Assembly: GCA_965261595.1 (NCBI GenBank)
Contig: CBDHDG010000003.1
Location: 224,001-288,000 of the forward strand
From: a bacterium
GTDB taxonomy: Bacteria > UBA8248 > JACPRG01 > G963555815
Length of the DNA stretch: 64,000 nt
Direction: 5' to 3'
The position numbers and the translations under genes are program-made. The notes beneath the pieces were generated by a model. That model saw nothing but the letters and a program-made list of their open reading frames with translations, had not been told where the DNA came from and did not search any database. Shown here piece after piece: positions 9,681 to 19,411 of this stretch; within the stretch, counting starts at the first letter, position 1, and every line of letters starts with the position of its first letter.

Positions 9681-11075
9681 ATGGACGGAATTCTCATCAA
9701 GAACGCCGAGTGGGTCGTCACGATGGACCCGGAAAGGCGGCTCATCCGGGACGGGGCGGTGGCCATTCGGGACGACCGGATCGTGAAGGTCGGCAAATCC
9801 GAAGACATCGAGCGGCGGTTCAAGGCGGAGAAGGTCATCGACGGCGCCGGCAAGCTCGTCCTGCCCGGATTGATTGACACGCACGTTCACAACGTCCAGC
9901 AGCTCGGCCGCGGTCTGGCGGACGGATGCGATATGCCCGTCCACCTCCTGGAGCGATTGTACGGTTATGAGAAGGAGTTGATGGAGGAGGACGCGTACTG
10001 GGCCGGTCTCGCCTGTCAGCTCGAGATGATCCGGGCGGGGACGACCTGCTTCATCGATCCCGGGAGCTATTTTCCCGACCAGACCGCCGCCTCGCTCGGC
10101 GAGAGCGGCATGCGGGGGATCGTCGCGCGGACGGCCTTCGACCTGTTCGAGACGCCCATCGGCCCCCTTCCCGCCGGGATGTTCCGGGAGGACACGGACG
10201 AGACGCTTCAAAAGGCCCAGGACGTGGTGAGCCGGCTGAACGGCGCCCACGGGGGCCGGCTCAAGGCTTGGTACGCCCTGCGCATCCTCTCCGGGTGCTC
10301 GGATGACCTGATCCGGGAGATCAAAAAGTTTTCCGAGCGCGACGATGTGGGCATCGTCCTCCACGCCTCCGAATCCCGCGACGAGGTGGTCGGCTCCCGG
10401 GTGAAGTACGGCATGGCCGACATCGAGCGGATGGACGCCCTCGGCGCCCTTGGGCCGAACATGGTTTTCATCCACATGGGCTGGACGAACCCCCGGGAGG
10501 TCAAGCTGGTTGTGGATTACGATCTCAAGGTCTCGTGCACCCCGACCGCGGGGATGAAGCTGGGGATGGGCAGCATGAATTTCGGCCACTTCCCCGAGAT
10601 GCTCGAGTTCGGAACCACCGTCGCCTTGAGCTCCGACTCGGCCATGTCGAGCAATTTCCTGGATATCGTCCGGGCGATGTACCTCGCCTCGGGCGGGATC
10701 AAGGCGGCCCGTCTGGACGCGACGATCATGGGGCCCGAGACCATGCTCGAGATGGCGACCCTCAACGGCGCGAAGGCGGCCCTGTGGGAGAACGAGATCG
10801 GATCGCTCGCCCCCGGGAAGAAGGCCGACATCGCCGTTTTCGATACAAAAAAGCCCGAGTGGCGTCCCATCCTCAACCCCATCGCCAACCTGGTTTATTC
10901 GTCCCGGGGGGGTGCGGACACTGTGATCATCGACGGAAAGATCGTGATGGAAGAGGGAACCGTTCTGACGATCGACGAAGAGAAAACGCTGGTGGAGGCC
11001 CAAACGCGGGGGGAAAAGCTGGCGGAGAAATCCGGGCTCTGGGACCTGGCGAAACCCAAGTGGCCCGTTCTTTGA
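9681..11075 (+). CDS. Amidohydrolase (MTA/SAH-, atrazine- or guanine-deaminase-like)
   Basis: PGLIDTHVH, HASE, IH, SSD, EIGSLAPGKKAD. Confidence 0.88.
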   Translation: MDGILIKNAEWVVTMDPERRLIRDGAVAIRDDRIVKVGKSEDIERRFKAEKVIDGAGKLVLPGLIDTHVHNVQQLGRGLADGCDMPVHLLERLYGYEKELMEEDAYWAGLACQLEMIRAGTTCFIDPGSYFPDQTAASLGESGMRGIVARTAFDLFETPIGPLPAGMFREDTDETLQKAQDVVSRLNGAHGGRLKAWYALRILSGCSDDLIREIKKFSERDDVGIVLHASESRDEVVGSRVKYGMADIERMDALGALGPNMVFIHMGWTNPREVKLVVDYDLKVSCTPTAGMKLGMGSMNFGHFPEMLEFGTTVALSSDSAMSSNFLDIVRAMYLASGGIKAARLDATIMGPETMLEMATLNGAKAALWENEIGSLAPGKKADIAVFDTKKPEWRPILNPIANLVYSSRGGADTVIIDGKIVMEEGTVLTIDEEKTLVEAQTRGEKLAEKSGLWDLAKPKWPVL

Positions 11076-11132
11076 GGGCGGCCGTTCGCCGCCGTTCGGA
11101 TCGACCCAACGGGTAAGGAGAGGTATTTCGGC

Positions 11133-12020
11133 ATGATCATCGATTGTCACGTTCACGCGGGGAAGATTGGAGAGCATTATCCCGAGTGGTGGGTGAAGGA
11201 GCTCTACCGGGTCTGGGGCGGCGTGGACCAGTGGACCGGCGGAAAGAAGGACCTGAGCGTGGGCGAGCGGCTGGTCGCCCAGATGGACGCGCACGGGATC
11301 GACAAGATGTGCATCATGACCTCCGACCACCGGCGGGTCTACGGCCGGGTGAAAGGTCCCTACACACCGAACGAATTCCTTCTGGAAGTCCGCAAGGCTG
11401 CGCCCGAGCGGTTCGCCCTGACGTGCTGCGTGGACCCGCTGCGGGACGTGTACGAGGCGACGCTCGAAGTCGAGCGGTGCATCCGGGATGAGGGCTACGA
11501 CGCCTGCAAGATTTACCCCTCCTACGACCACTTCGACCCGCGGGACGAGCGCCTGTTCCCCCTGTACGAGAAATTCATCGAACTCGACATCGCCGTGCAG
11601 ATCCACATGGGCTGGACGCCCTGCATGAACGCCCCCATGAAGTATCAGCACCCCCACCTCCTCGATGACGTGGCCCTGCGGTATCCCGAGATGAAGATGG
11701 TTGTGTGTCACCTGGGGTGGCCGTGGGTGGATGAGTGCATGGCGCTGATCGCCAAGTACGACAACATCCACGCCGACCTGGCCTACTGGGGCTGGTTCAC
11801 GCCCGAGGAGAACCTGAAGGTGATTGAGCGGTTCGGCCGGCTCTGCGGGTTCGATAAGCTCCTCTTCGGCTCCGAGAACTCCCACACCCACATGGCGGTG
11901 GAGCTCATGCTCGGGCTGAACGATGAAGCGGCGCGCTTGGGGATTGGGCCGATCTCTCCGGACGACCTGGACAAGGTCATGTGGAAGAACACGGCCCGCC
12001 TTTGGAAGATCGATGTCTGA
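11133..12020 (+). CDS. Amidohydrolase_2 family protein
   Basis: IIDCHVH, KIYP, IHMG, CHLGWPW, LLFGSE. Confidence 0.85.
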   Translation: MIIDCHVHAGKIGEHYPEWWVKELYRVWGGVDQWTGGKKDLSVGERLVAQMDAHGIDKMCIMTSDHRRVYGRVKGPYTPNEFLLEVRKAAPERFALTCCVDPLRDVYEATLEVERCIRDEGYDACKIYPSYDHFDPRDERLFPLYEKFIELDIAVQIHMGWTPCMNAPMKYQHPHLLDDVALRYPEMKMVVCHLGWPWVDECMALIAKYDNIHADLAYWGWFTPEENLKVIERFGRLCGFDKLLFGSENSHTHMAVELMLGLNDEAARLGIGPISPDDLDKVMWKNTARLWKIDV

Positions 12021-12091
12021 CCCCATCTGTTCACACCCGAAAATGGGCGCCCCGTTGGACGCGGGGGGGGGCCATGCGGAAAAAGGAAGGA

Positions 12092-12964
12092 ATGACCCGA
12101 GAGGCGCGGATAACGGGTCGGGACCCTTCAAGGTTGGTTCTCGTTTCCGATTTGGATGCCACCCTCCTTCACGAGGAGACCTACGATCCCGGCGAGGTCC
12201 GCCCCCTGTTGCGGTTTCTCGGGAAGCGGGGTGTTCCGCTGGTTCTGGCGTCGAGCAAGACCCGCAAGGAAATGGAAGCGGTCCAGGCGGAATTGGATGT
12301 TCACGGACCGTTCATCTGTGAGAACGGCGGCGCTGTCGTCATTCCGCCCGGGTTCTTCCCGGGGCCGGTTCCGGGCGCGGCCGTGATCGACGGCAAAGAA
12401 GTCCTCGTGCTGGGACGGCCGGTCCGTGTTCTCCAAGAGGCCGTGGGGAGAATGGCGGCGGAGGCCGCTCTGACGGTCCGGACGATCCTTGAGATGGACG
12501 TCGATGAGGTGGCCGCGCTGACCGGTCTTTCGAAGGAGAAGGCCGCGCTTGCCCGTGACCGGGAGTACATCCTGCCGTTTCAGCATGAAGGCCCGGACGC
12601 CGCCATGGAGGCGTTCCGGCGGAAGGCCGAGGGGGAGGGTCTCCGGGTGGTTCGAGGAGGGCGATTTCATCACCTCATGGGGGACGTGGACAAGGGGAAG
12701 GCCTTCTGGCGTCTCCGGGCGATTTTTGAATCCGACGGTGATCCGCGGTATGTCGTAGCGCTGGGAGACGCCGAGAACGACCTGGGTTTGTTGCGGGGAG
12801 CGAACCAGGCGGTTGTCATTCCCCGGCAACCGGGTTGGGATTGGAAACTGATGGAGGCGCCCGGCGTCCGCCCGGCGGCCAGGAGGGCCCCGGGCGGATG
12901 GGCCGATGAGGTGTGGGCCGTCCTGAATGAATTCGGCATAGGCGTTATGGATTCACCGGAATGA
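12092..12964 (+). CDS. HAD-IIB mannosyl-/glucosyl-3-phosphoglycerate phosphatase-like
   Basis: SDLDATLL, ASSKT, ICENG, GGRFHH, DKGKA, GDAEND; next to a GpgS-like gene. Confidence 0.85.
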   Translation: MTREARITGRDPSRLVLVSDLDATLLHEETYDPGEVRPLLRFLGKRGVPLVLASSKTRKEMEAVQAELDVHGPFICENGGAVVIPPGFFPGPVPGAAVIDGKEVLVLGRPVRVLQEAVGRMAAEAALTVRTILEMDVDEVAALTGLSKEKAALARDREYILPFQHEGPDAAMEAFRRKAEGEGLRVVRGGRFHHLMGDVDKGKAFWRLRAIFESDGDPRYVVALGDAENDLGLLRGANQAVVIPRQPGWDWKLMEAPGVRPAARRAPGGWADEVWAVLNEFGIGVMDSPE

Positions 12965-13528
12965 GGTTTTGCACGGCTCTTCGGTCGAATACGTATCACC
13001 ATCCCGATTTTTACCGGCAGGTCCCTGAATTCGCTGAAATAATCGAATGATCTAAACTTCGGACGCTTTGATTGGGAATTCATGCGGGACACCGCTCACA
13101 TGATGGTCTTTCGCTCCCATCGGGATGGTCGGTGAGCGGGAAAGGGGTGCTTTTTAATCTTTTCCCGAGAGTGATTTTTAGGTAGGATTTGTGATTGAGA
13201 TGGCCCACATATAAATACCAACGGGGTAAGAAATATGAAGGTTTCCTGTAAAGACGATTGATTCTGTCGACTTGGCACGGTCCGGGGCGGGGTTGTCGAT
13301 TCGGGATTCCCGGTTTTCACTTGCTGGGCCTTGAATTCATCATCGAGTTTTCCTCCAGCGACAAATTCAGGTCCACCCGGACACTCCGGACTCAGAAGTG
13401 ATTTGGTGGAGAAGTTCGATCATCCAGTGATCCCACCCGGTGTGTAACGTGTAATACGGCAAAGGCGCGATGACAAGCGTCCATTCCGGGGGAGAAGGGA
13501 TCCCCCAATCCATGAGGAGGGTTGACTC

Positions 13529-14746
13529 ATGGCCGATTTTTATCAGAACGGACCCATCGCCACGCTGAACCGCTTGTGCTCCGATGTCCTTCCCGAGCTG
13601 GAAGAGGAGCTGGTTCATTACGCCGAGGAGTCCCCGATCTCCCTTGTCCTTCCGGCACTGGCGAGGGAAATGGACGGGGAAGCCCTTCCCCGCATCGTTC
13701 GCGAGCTTTGCGGGGCCGATTACGTGAGCGAGATTGTCGTTGCCCTTGGAAGGGCCGATGGGGAGGATTATCAGCGGGCGTTGGACTTTTTCGCCCCCTT
13801 GCCCCGCAAGAAGATTCTGTGGCTCGATGGCCCGCCGTTCCAGGGTTTGGTGGAGACCTTGGTCGAGAACGAGTTGAATCCGGGCGGGGAGGGCAAGGGC
13901 CGCGCCGCCTGGCTCGCTTATGGGTACATCCTCTCGGAAGGCCGCTCGGAGATCATCGCTCTGCATGACTGCGATATCACGACATACGACCGGGAGCTCC
14001 TGGCCCGGTTGTGCTACCCATTGGTTCATCCGGCGTTCCCCTTCGAGTTCTGCAAGGGGTTTTACAGCCGGGTGACGGATCGTCTCCACGGCCGGGTGAC
14101 GCGCCTGCTGGTGACGCCGCTTATCCGGACCCTGCAAGGCCTGCTGGGCCATTTGCCCTTCCTGGATTACATGGACAACTTCCGGTATCCGCTGGCGGGG
14201 GAATTTTCCATGAAAATTGATTTGGCCCGCATCAACCGCGTCCCTTCCGATTGGGGGCTGGAGGTGGGGACGCTGGCGGAGGTGTACCGGAACTGCTCGG
14301 TCAAACGTGTGTGCCAGGCGGAGCTTTGCGAGAATTACGACCATAAGCACCAACCCCTTTCGGCCGACGACCCCACCCAGGGACTGCTCAAGATGAGCAT
14401 CGATATTTGCAAGGCCATCTTCCGGATGCTGGCTTCGGAGGGCGTGGTCCTTTCCCAAGGTCTTCTGAATAGTCTCCGGGTGGCCTATCTCCGGATGGCG
14501 CAGGACCATATTGTGCGCTACCACGCGGACGCCGCCATCAATCAGTTGTATTTCGACCGCCACGAGGAGGGCCTTGCGGTTGAGGCCTTCGTCAGCGCCA
14601 TCGAGACCGCGGGAAGCGATTTCTACCACGACCCCCTGGGCGAAAGGCCCATGCCCAACTGGAACCGGGTCATTTCGGGGATCCCCGACTTCTTCGACCG
14701 GATTCAGGCTGCCGTCGCGGAGAGCGAAAGGCTTGTTCAGGTGTAG
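13529..14746 (+). CDS. Glucosyl-3-phosphoglycerate synthase-like GT-A glycosyltransferase
   Basis: MADFYQNG, GKGR, HDCDI, CKGFYSR, GRVTRL, YPLAGEF, WGLEVG, YDHKH. Confidence 0.8.
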   Translation: MADFYQNGPIATLNRLCSDVLPELEEELVHYAEESPISLVLPALAREMDGEALPRIVRELCGADYVSEIVVALGRADGEDYQRALDFFAPLPRKKILWLDGPPFQGLVETLVENELNPGGEGKGRAAWLAYGYILSEGRSEIIALHDCDITTYDRELLARLCYPLVHPAFPFEFCKGFYSRVTDRLHGRVTRLLVTPLIRTLQGLLGHLPFLDYMDNFRYPLAGEFSMKIDLARINRVPSDWGLEVGTLAEVYRNCSVKRVCQAELCENYDHKHQPLSADDPTQGLLKMSIDICKAIFRMLASEGVVLSQGLLNSLRVAYLRMAQDHIVRYHADAAINQLYFDRHEEGLAVEAFVSAIETAGSDFYHDPLGERPMPNWNRVISGIPDFFDRIQAAVAESERLVQV

Positions 14747-15515
14747 GAGGAAGACCCCCCCGTCGGAGATCCCGAAAAGGGCGGTTTTGCGCCGCCCCCT
14801 CCTTTTCCATTGAAGACCTGTCAGGGTCTTGAGCGCCCCTCCCCCCCTCCTTCCCCGGAGGAGGCCGCGGGATGCAATCTCCCCTGAATTGATTATCAAA
14901 TCTTGTCTGGCGGCCGCCTTTCGCTTCCATAAAAAAGCGTACGCAAAGTCCTGGCCCCATCCTCTGGTGCGGTTTTTGCACTTGTCACTAATGTGGTTTA
15001 CGAAGGCGAGGGTCGCACAGTCTGGCCAAACGGCGCAAAATTTACGTGAATCATGGATTACGAAAGCAAAATCACCGAGCATTTGGATGTCATCGAGCGT
15101 TGCTCGATATTAACCAACGGGCGGCGGGCTTTGCTGGCGGGCCTTCCGGACGCCCGGTATCCCTACGTTTATCCCCGGGACGTTTGGGCCGCCGTCCGAT
15201 TGCTCAGTGAGGTGGCGCTCAGCGATTTGCTCTTATCGGACCGGGCTTTCACCTTGTTGCGTGAAGTCGTGGCCTTCATCGCGTACGTCCAACGCGAGGA
15301 TGGGCACTGGGGACAGCGCTATGAGGTCTCCGGCGAGGATAAGTCCATCTATCGTCAGGAGGACAACGTGGCCTACGCCGGCTCCGCGTTGGCGACCTAT
15401 CTGCTCACCGCAAACGCACTCGGCCGGGAAGTCCCCAACTGGGAGGACCTCCCCCGCTCTAGGGTTTTGTTGGACACTCGATTGATCCATGATTCATGGA
15501 GAAAGGGGTGTCGCG

Positions 15516-15902
15516 ATGAACGAACAAAAGCAAGAGGGGGCTTTGGCGGAGGGCGCCCGCAGGGCGAACGGAGCCAAGGCCCCAGGGCATCGCAGTGAGC
15601 GGGGTCGGTTCTCCTGCCAGCGCAAGCGGGAGGCGGTCCTGCGTCTTTTGCGGGGCGAGAGCCTGGAGACGCTCTGCCGCGAGTTGGGCACGACAGCGGC
15701 TCGGCTTTCCGCCTGGCGCGAGGCGTTCCTTCGCGGGGGCGAGGCGGCGCTCAAAGCCCGCCCGGCGGATGAGCGGGACGAGGAGAACGCCCGGCTCAAG
15801 GCCAAGGTGGGCGAACTCACGATGGAGGGCGAGGTCCTGCGGGAGAAGATCGACCGCCTGGAGGCCGGCCGCCCTTTAGCCGGCAGGAGGTGGAGGCGAT
15901 GA
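15516..15902 (+). CDS. IS3 transposase OrfA (HTH)
   Basis: RFSCQRKREAVLRLL...LCRELG plus a leucine-zipper-like tail; ATGA overlap with orfB. Confidence 0.85.
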   Translation: MNEQKQEGALAEGARRANGAKAPGHRSERGRFSCQRKREAVLRLLRGESLETLCRELGTTAARLSAWREAFLRGGEAALKARPADERDEENARLKAKVGELTMEGEVLREKIDRLEAGRPLAGRRWRR

Positions 15903-16807
15903 GTCAGGCCCGCTTCACCTCCACGGGCAGAGCCTACGGCCTGAAGCGGGTGTGCGCCCTTTGGGGCTTGGCGCGCTCCACGGTCTACGCGCAACGGCGG
16001 CGAGAGGCGGTCCCCGTTCATGAACGCCCCACGCCCAATAAGCGCGGCCCTGTGGGCCCGTGCACCGATGCGGAACTCCTCGGCCACATCCGGCAGGTCC
16101 TGGAGGACTCTCCCTTCCATGGCGAGGGCTACCGCAAGGTGTGGGCGAGGCTGCGCTTCGCGGGCATCCGCACCAGCAAGGAGCGGGTGCGTCGCCTGAT
16201 GCGGGAGGCGGGGCTTCAGGCCCCCCACCGGGTGGGCAAACCCCGAGGTCCCAAGGCCCACAACGGGACCATCCGCACCGAGCGGCCCGACCGAATGTGG
16301 GGCACGGACATGACGACGACGGTGACCACCGAGGAGGGGATGGCCTCGGTGTTCGTGGCGGTGGATCACTGCTCGGTGGACTGCGTGGGGATCCATGCGG
16401 CCAAGAGCGGCAACCGCTTCGAGGCCCTGGAGCCGATCCGGCAGGGGGTCGCCGAGCGCTTCGCCGGCTTGGAGGCGGATGTCGCCGAGGGGCTTAAAGT
16501 TCGTCACGACCACGGCCCCGCCTATCTGTCCGATGACTTTCAGCGGGAGATCGCCTACCTGGGCATGACCAGTTCGCCCAGCTTCGTGCGGGCGCCCGAG
16601 GGAAATGGCTACTGTGAGTGGTTTATCCGCATCTTGAAGGAGAATCTCCTGTGGGTGCGCTCTTTCGCCACCGTAGAGGAACTGCGGTGGGCGCTGCTTG
16701 AGTTCAAGAACCTGTATAACCATCATTGGATTCTCGAGGGCTACGGCTACCGAACGCCGGCCCAGGCAAGGCAGGAAAAACTCGCTCAAGTTGCGGAGGC
16801 CGCATGA
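15899..16807 (+). CDS. IS3 transposase OrfB (integrase core, DDE)
   Basis: GYRKVWARL, WGTDMT, RHDHG, PEGNGYCE. Confidence 0.9.
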   Translation: MSQARFTSTGRAYGLKRVCALWGLARSTVYAQRRREAVPVHERPTPNKRGPVGPCTDAELLGHIRQVLEDSPFHGEGYRKVWARLRFAGIRTSKERVRRLMREAGLQAPHRVGKPRGPKAHNGTIRTERPDRMWGTDMTTTVTTEEGMASVFVAVDHCSVDCVGIHAAKSGNRFEALEPIRQGVAERFAGLEADVAEGLKVRHDHGPAYLSDDFQREIAYLGMTSSPSFVRAPEGNGYCEWFIRILKENLLWVRSFATVEELRWALLEFKNLYNHHWILEGYGYRTPAQARQEKLAQVAEAA

Positions 16808-17620
16808 GGTCGAATACCCTCACCCGAGTGTCCAATAACCCAGGGGCGGTCCAGTTCCTTGAAAGCAGCTTGTGGTCGCCGGAATTCGGTTTGTTGCAGC
16901 GTTACCTTCCCTTTAACGAATACATGAGTATGCACGCCCACGCCGGCAACGGCCCCTGGTTTCAGTACACCGGCATCCTGGCCCAGTATTACTATTTCAT
17001 GGGCAACCGGGATCGGGGAGATGAAATCCTCAGCATCATGGACCAATACCGGTCTGAAGACGGCTATCTGCCCGAGCACGTCAGCTCCTGCGAGCGGTTT
17101 TGGGAGTTCATCCGGACGGAATGGGAGACCGGGAATGACGCCCGCAAGGAGTTCGATCCGGAAATCCTTTTGCCGAACCTGTCGTACGATCTCATCGTCG
17201 AGGAATTGGTCAACATGAAGAAATCGTACGATGGCATCCGCGGGTATTGCACCCTCCAGAGAGGCGGGTCGTCTTTCATCCGTTTCTCCACCCCGTTGAT
17301 GTGGTCGCACGCCGAATACGCCATGGCCCTCCTCGTCCGCCGCAAGGCGGGATACCCGGCGATGATTTCCGTCTCGTGAGCCGCTGAAGAGCGGGATCGG
17401 GTCCTCCAAGATCACAGCGAATGGGTGGGACTTTTTCCAACGTGCTCGTACAGGGCGGGAGGAGAGGTTTGTCCCCGTTCGGCGATTTTGGGATGGGTGG
17501 GACAGCGCCGGAAGTTTCGCCGGGCCTCTCCGGAAACGATTTCAGGCTCGGAAATGTCGATTGCGCGAAGACCCGTTTATCGGCCGCCGGGGGGGTGTGG
17601 TAAAGGACGCGACGCGCCGA

Positions 17621-19252
17621 TTACCCGGACCGCTCGATGAGATAGGCGATGAGGATCATCAGGAAAAAATACACGACGACCCACGCATAGACCCTGGGCC
17701 AGCGGATGGCTCCGTCCGTTTGGCTCCATTCCCGAATCGGGAGGACAAACCCGCTTTCCGTCACGCCTCGGATGGACAGGAGGGCGGCGACGAGGACCGG
17801 AACGATGAACCCGGTGAAATTCCACCAAAGCCACGAGACCTGCGTGAACCGCCACAGAAACAGGTTGACCGCGATTCCGGCCAGGACGCCGATCTTCACC
17901 GGACCCGGCTTGGCCCACCGGGTGGCCATGCCGAGGACAAAGGTCGCCAGGATCGGTCCGTAGAGCAGACTCCCCACGGTGTTGATCAGGATCAGGGTGG
18001 TTTGCCTCAGTGCCCCGCCGGAATGGGCGAGGCCGATCGCCGCCGCCACGCAAAACACGCCCCACAATCCCGTGCAGATTCTGGAGGCCGTCAAATAGTG
18101 CGCGTCGTCCGCGCCGGGGCGGATGCGTTTTTGATAGATGTCCCGGATGGTCACGGCGCTCAGGGAGTTCAGCGCCGAGTCGAGGCTTGACATCAGGGCG
18201 GCGAGGATGGCCACAAAGATCAAACCAATGACGCCGTGCGGCAGGTAGGAGAGGATGAAGAGCGGAACCAACCGGTCGGGGCTTTGTCGCAAGGTCTCCG
18301 CTACGGCGGCCGGATCGGACCCCGTCGCGGAAGCGATTGCGCTCAGCGCCCCGGGCTGAGAGACGGCCGCGCCGACGAGGACCCCCACCGCGCAATACAG
18401 GAGCACCACCGGATATCGGCCCAGGGCGTTCAACAAAAGTGATTTTCTCACCTCTTCCACCGACGGGACGGTGAGCTCCCGCTGCACCTGGCTCTGATCA
18501 CATCCGTAATAAGAGGCGTAGAGGAACATCCCCCCGATCAGCATGGGCCAGAAGCCGTATTGACCCCCGCCGGAAAGGCCGAGACTCCGGAAGTCGAGGA
18601 TTTGAAGGCGCCCGGGGTCCAAGGCGCTCCAGGCTTCCGACCACCCGACCATCGACCACGCGCTGCCCCCCACGATCACCAGGCCCAGGATCACGATCCC
18701 CATTTGCAGGACATCGCTCTGAATCACGATCCCGATGCCGCCGATGATGTCGTAAAGAATCGTGATCACCCCGATCAACAGGATGGCGGACGTGATGGAC
18801 ATCCCGGTCGCGCTCGAAGCGATGATGCCGCCCGCGAGAACGGCGACGGCGGTCGCGAGACCGCGCGCGAGCTGGAACAAGCCGCTGATCAGAATCCGGG
18901 TCTCCTCGTCGAACCGCTCTTCGAGGTATTCGTAGATGCTGATGTAGTTTCCCCGGTGAAGGGCGGGAATGATCAGCGCCATGACCGCGATCAGGCCCAG
19001 GGGAACGCCGAATTCGTAGGCCAGCCACTTGAGGCCACCGCCCTCTTTGAGCGCGACGAACGCGGGCGCCGAGACGAAGCTGATCGCGCTCAGCTGGGTC
19101 GCCATTGTGGATACGCCCGACTGCCACCAGCGGATCCGTCTGCCCGCCAGATAATAATCCTGGACATCGTTTTGGTTCCGGTTCATCGACAGGGCCATTC
19201 CCAGCAGGGCGGCCATGTAAATGGCGATGATGACCCAATCGAGGGAATTCAT
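17621..19252 (-). CDS. Sodium:solute symporter family transporter
   Basis: DYYLAGR, SAISFVSAP, SIYEYLEERF, DQSQVQR, AALMSSLDSALNSLS. Confidence 0.9.
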   Translation of the reverse strand: MNSLDWVIIAIYMAALLGMALSMNRNQNDVQDYYLAGRRIRWWQSGVSTMATQLSAISFVSAPAFVALKEGGGLKWLAYEFGVPLGLIAVMALIIPALHRGNYISIYEYLEERFDEETRILISGLFQLARGLATAVAVLAGGIIASSATGMSITSAILLIGVITILYDIIGGIGIVIQSDVLQMGIVILGLVIVGGSAWSMVGWSEAWSALDPGRLQILDFRSLGLSGGGQYGFWPMLIGGMFLYASYYGCDQSQVQRELTVPSVEEVRKSLLLNALGRYPVVLLYCAVGVLVGAAVSQPGALSAIASATGSDPAAVAETLRQSPDRLVPLFILSYLPHGVIGLIFVAILAALMSSLDSALNSLSAVTIRDIYQKRIRPGADDAHYLTASRICTGLWGVFCVAAAIGLAHSGGALRQTTLILINTVGSLLYGPILATFVLGMATRWAKPGPVKIGVLAGIAVNLFLWRFTQVSWLWWNFTGFIVPVLVAALLSIRGVTESGFVLPIREWSQTDGAIRWPRVYAWVVVYFFLMILIAYLIERSG

Positions 19253-19411
19253 CGGATTGATCCTCGGGCGTCGGAGTCGGGTCGGACCGGGGGCTCTTCG
19301 GGATGCGAGCGAACGGGACAAACCGTCAGGACGGATGGCTGTGCGGGCGGGGGCGGAAAGTCTGCAATCCTGACGGATATTTCCAACCCGGAAGTTGTTG
19401 CGTGTATTATA

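Larger units (their letters stand above)
15450..16853 (+). mobile_element. IS3-family insertion sequence, copy 1 (1404 bp)
   Basis: Imperfect terminal IRs (core GGGTT(T)(A/G)TTGGACACTCG); orfA HTH and orfB rve/DDE; nearly identical to 24667-26070; flanks GACC and GTTC, so no target duplication. Confidence 0.92.
15053..17379 (+). pseudogene. GH15/glucoamylase-like hydrolase split by IS3 copy 1, middle part missing
   Basis: N-fragment 15053-15449 (YPYVYPRD, WGQRY, QEDN); C-fragment 16854-17379 (GYLPEH, PLMWSHAEY); the fragments do not rejoin in frame. Confidence 0.7.

Noticed and set aside
9621..12131. Long antisense ORFs (836 aa here; also 27783-29813, 55537-58143, 13367-15082)
   Set aside because: Shadows of real high-GC genes on the opposite strand, with no recognisable motifs.
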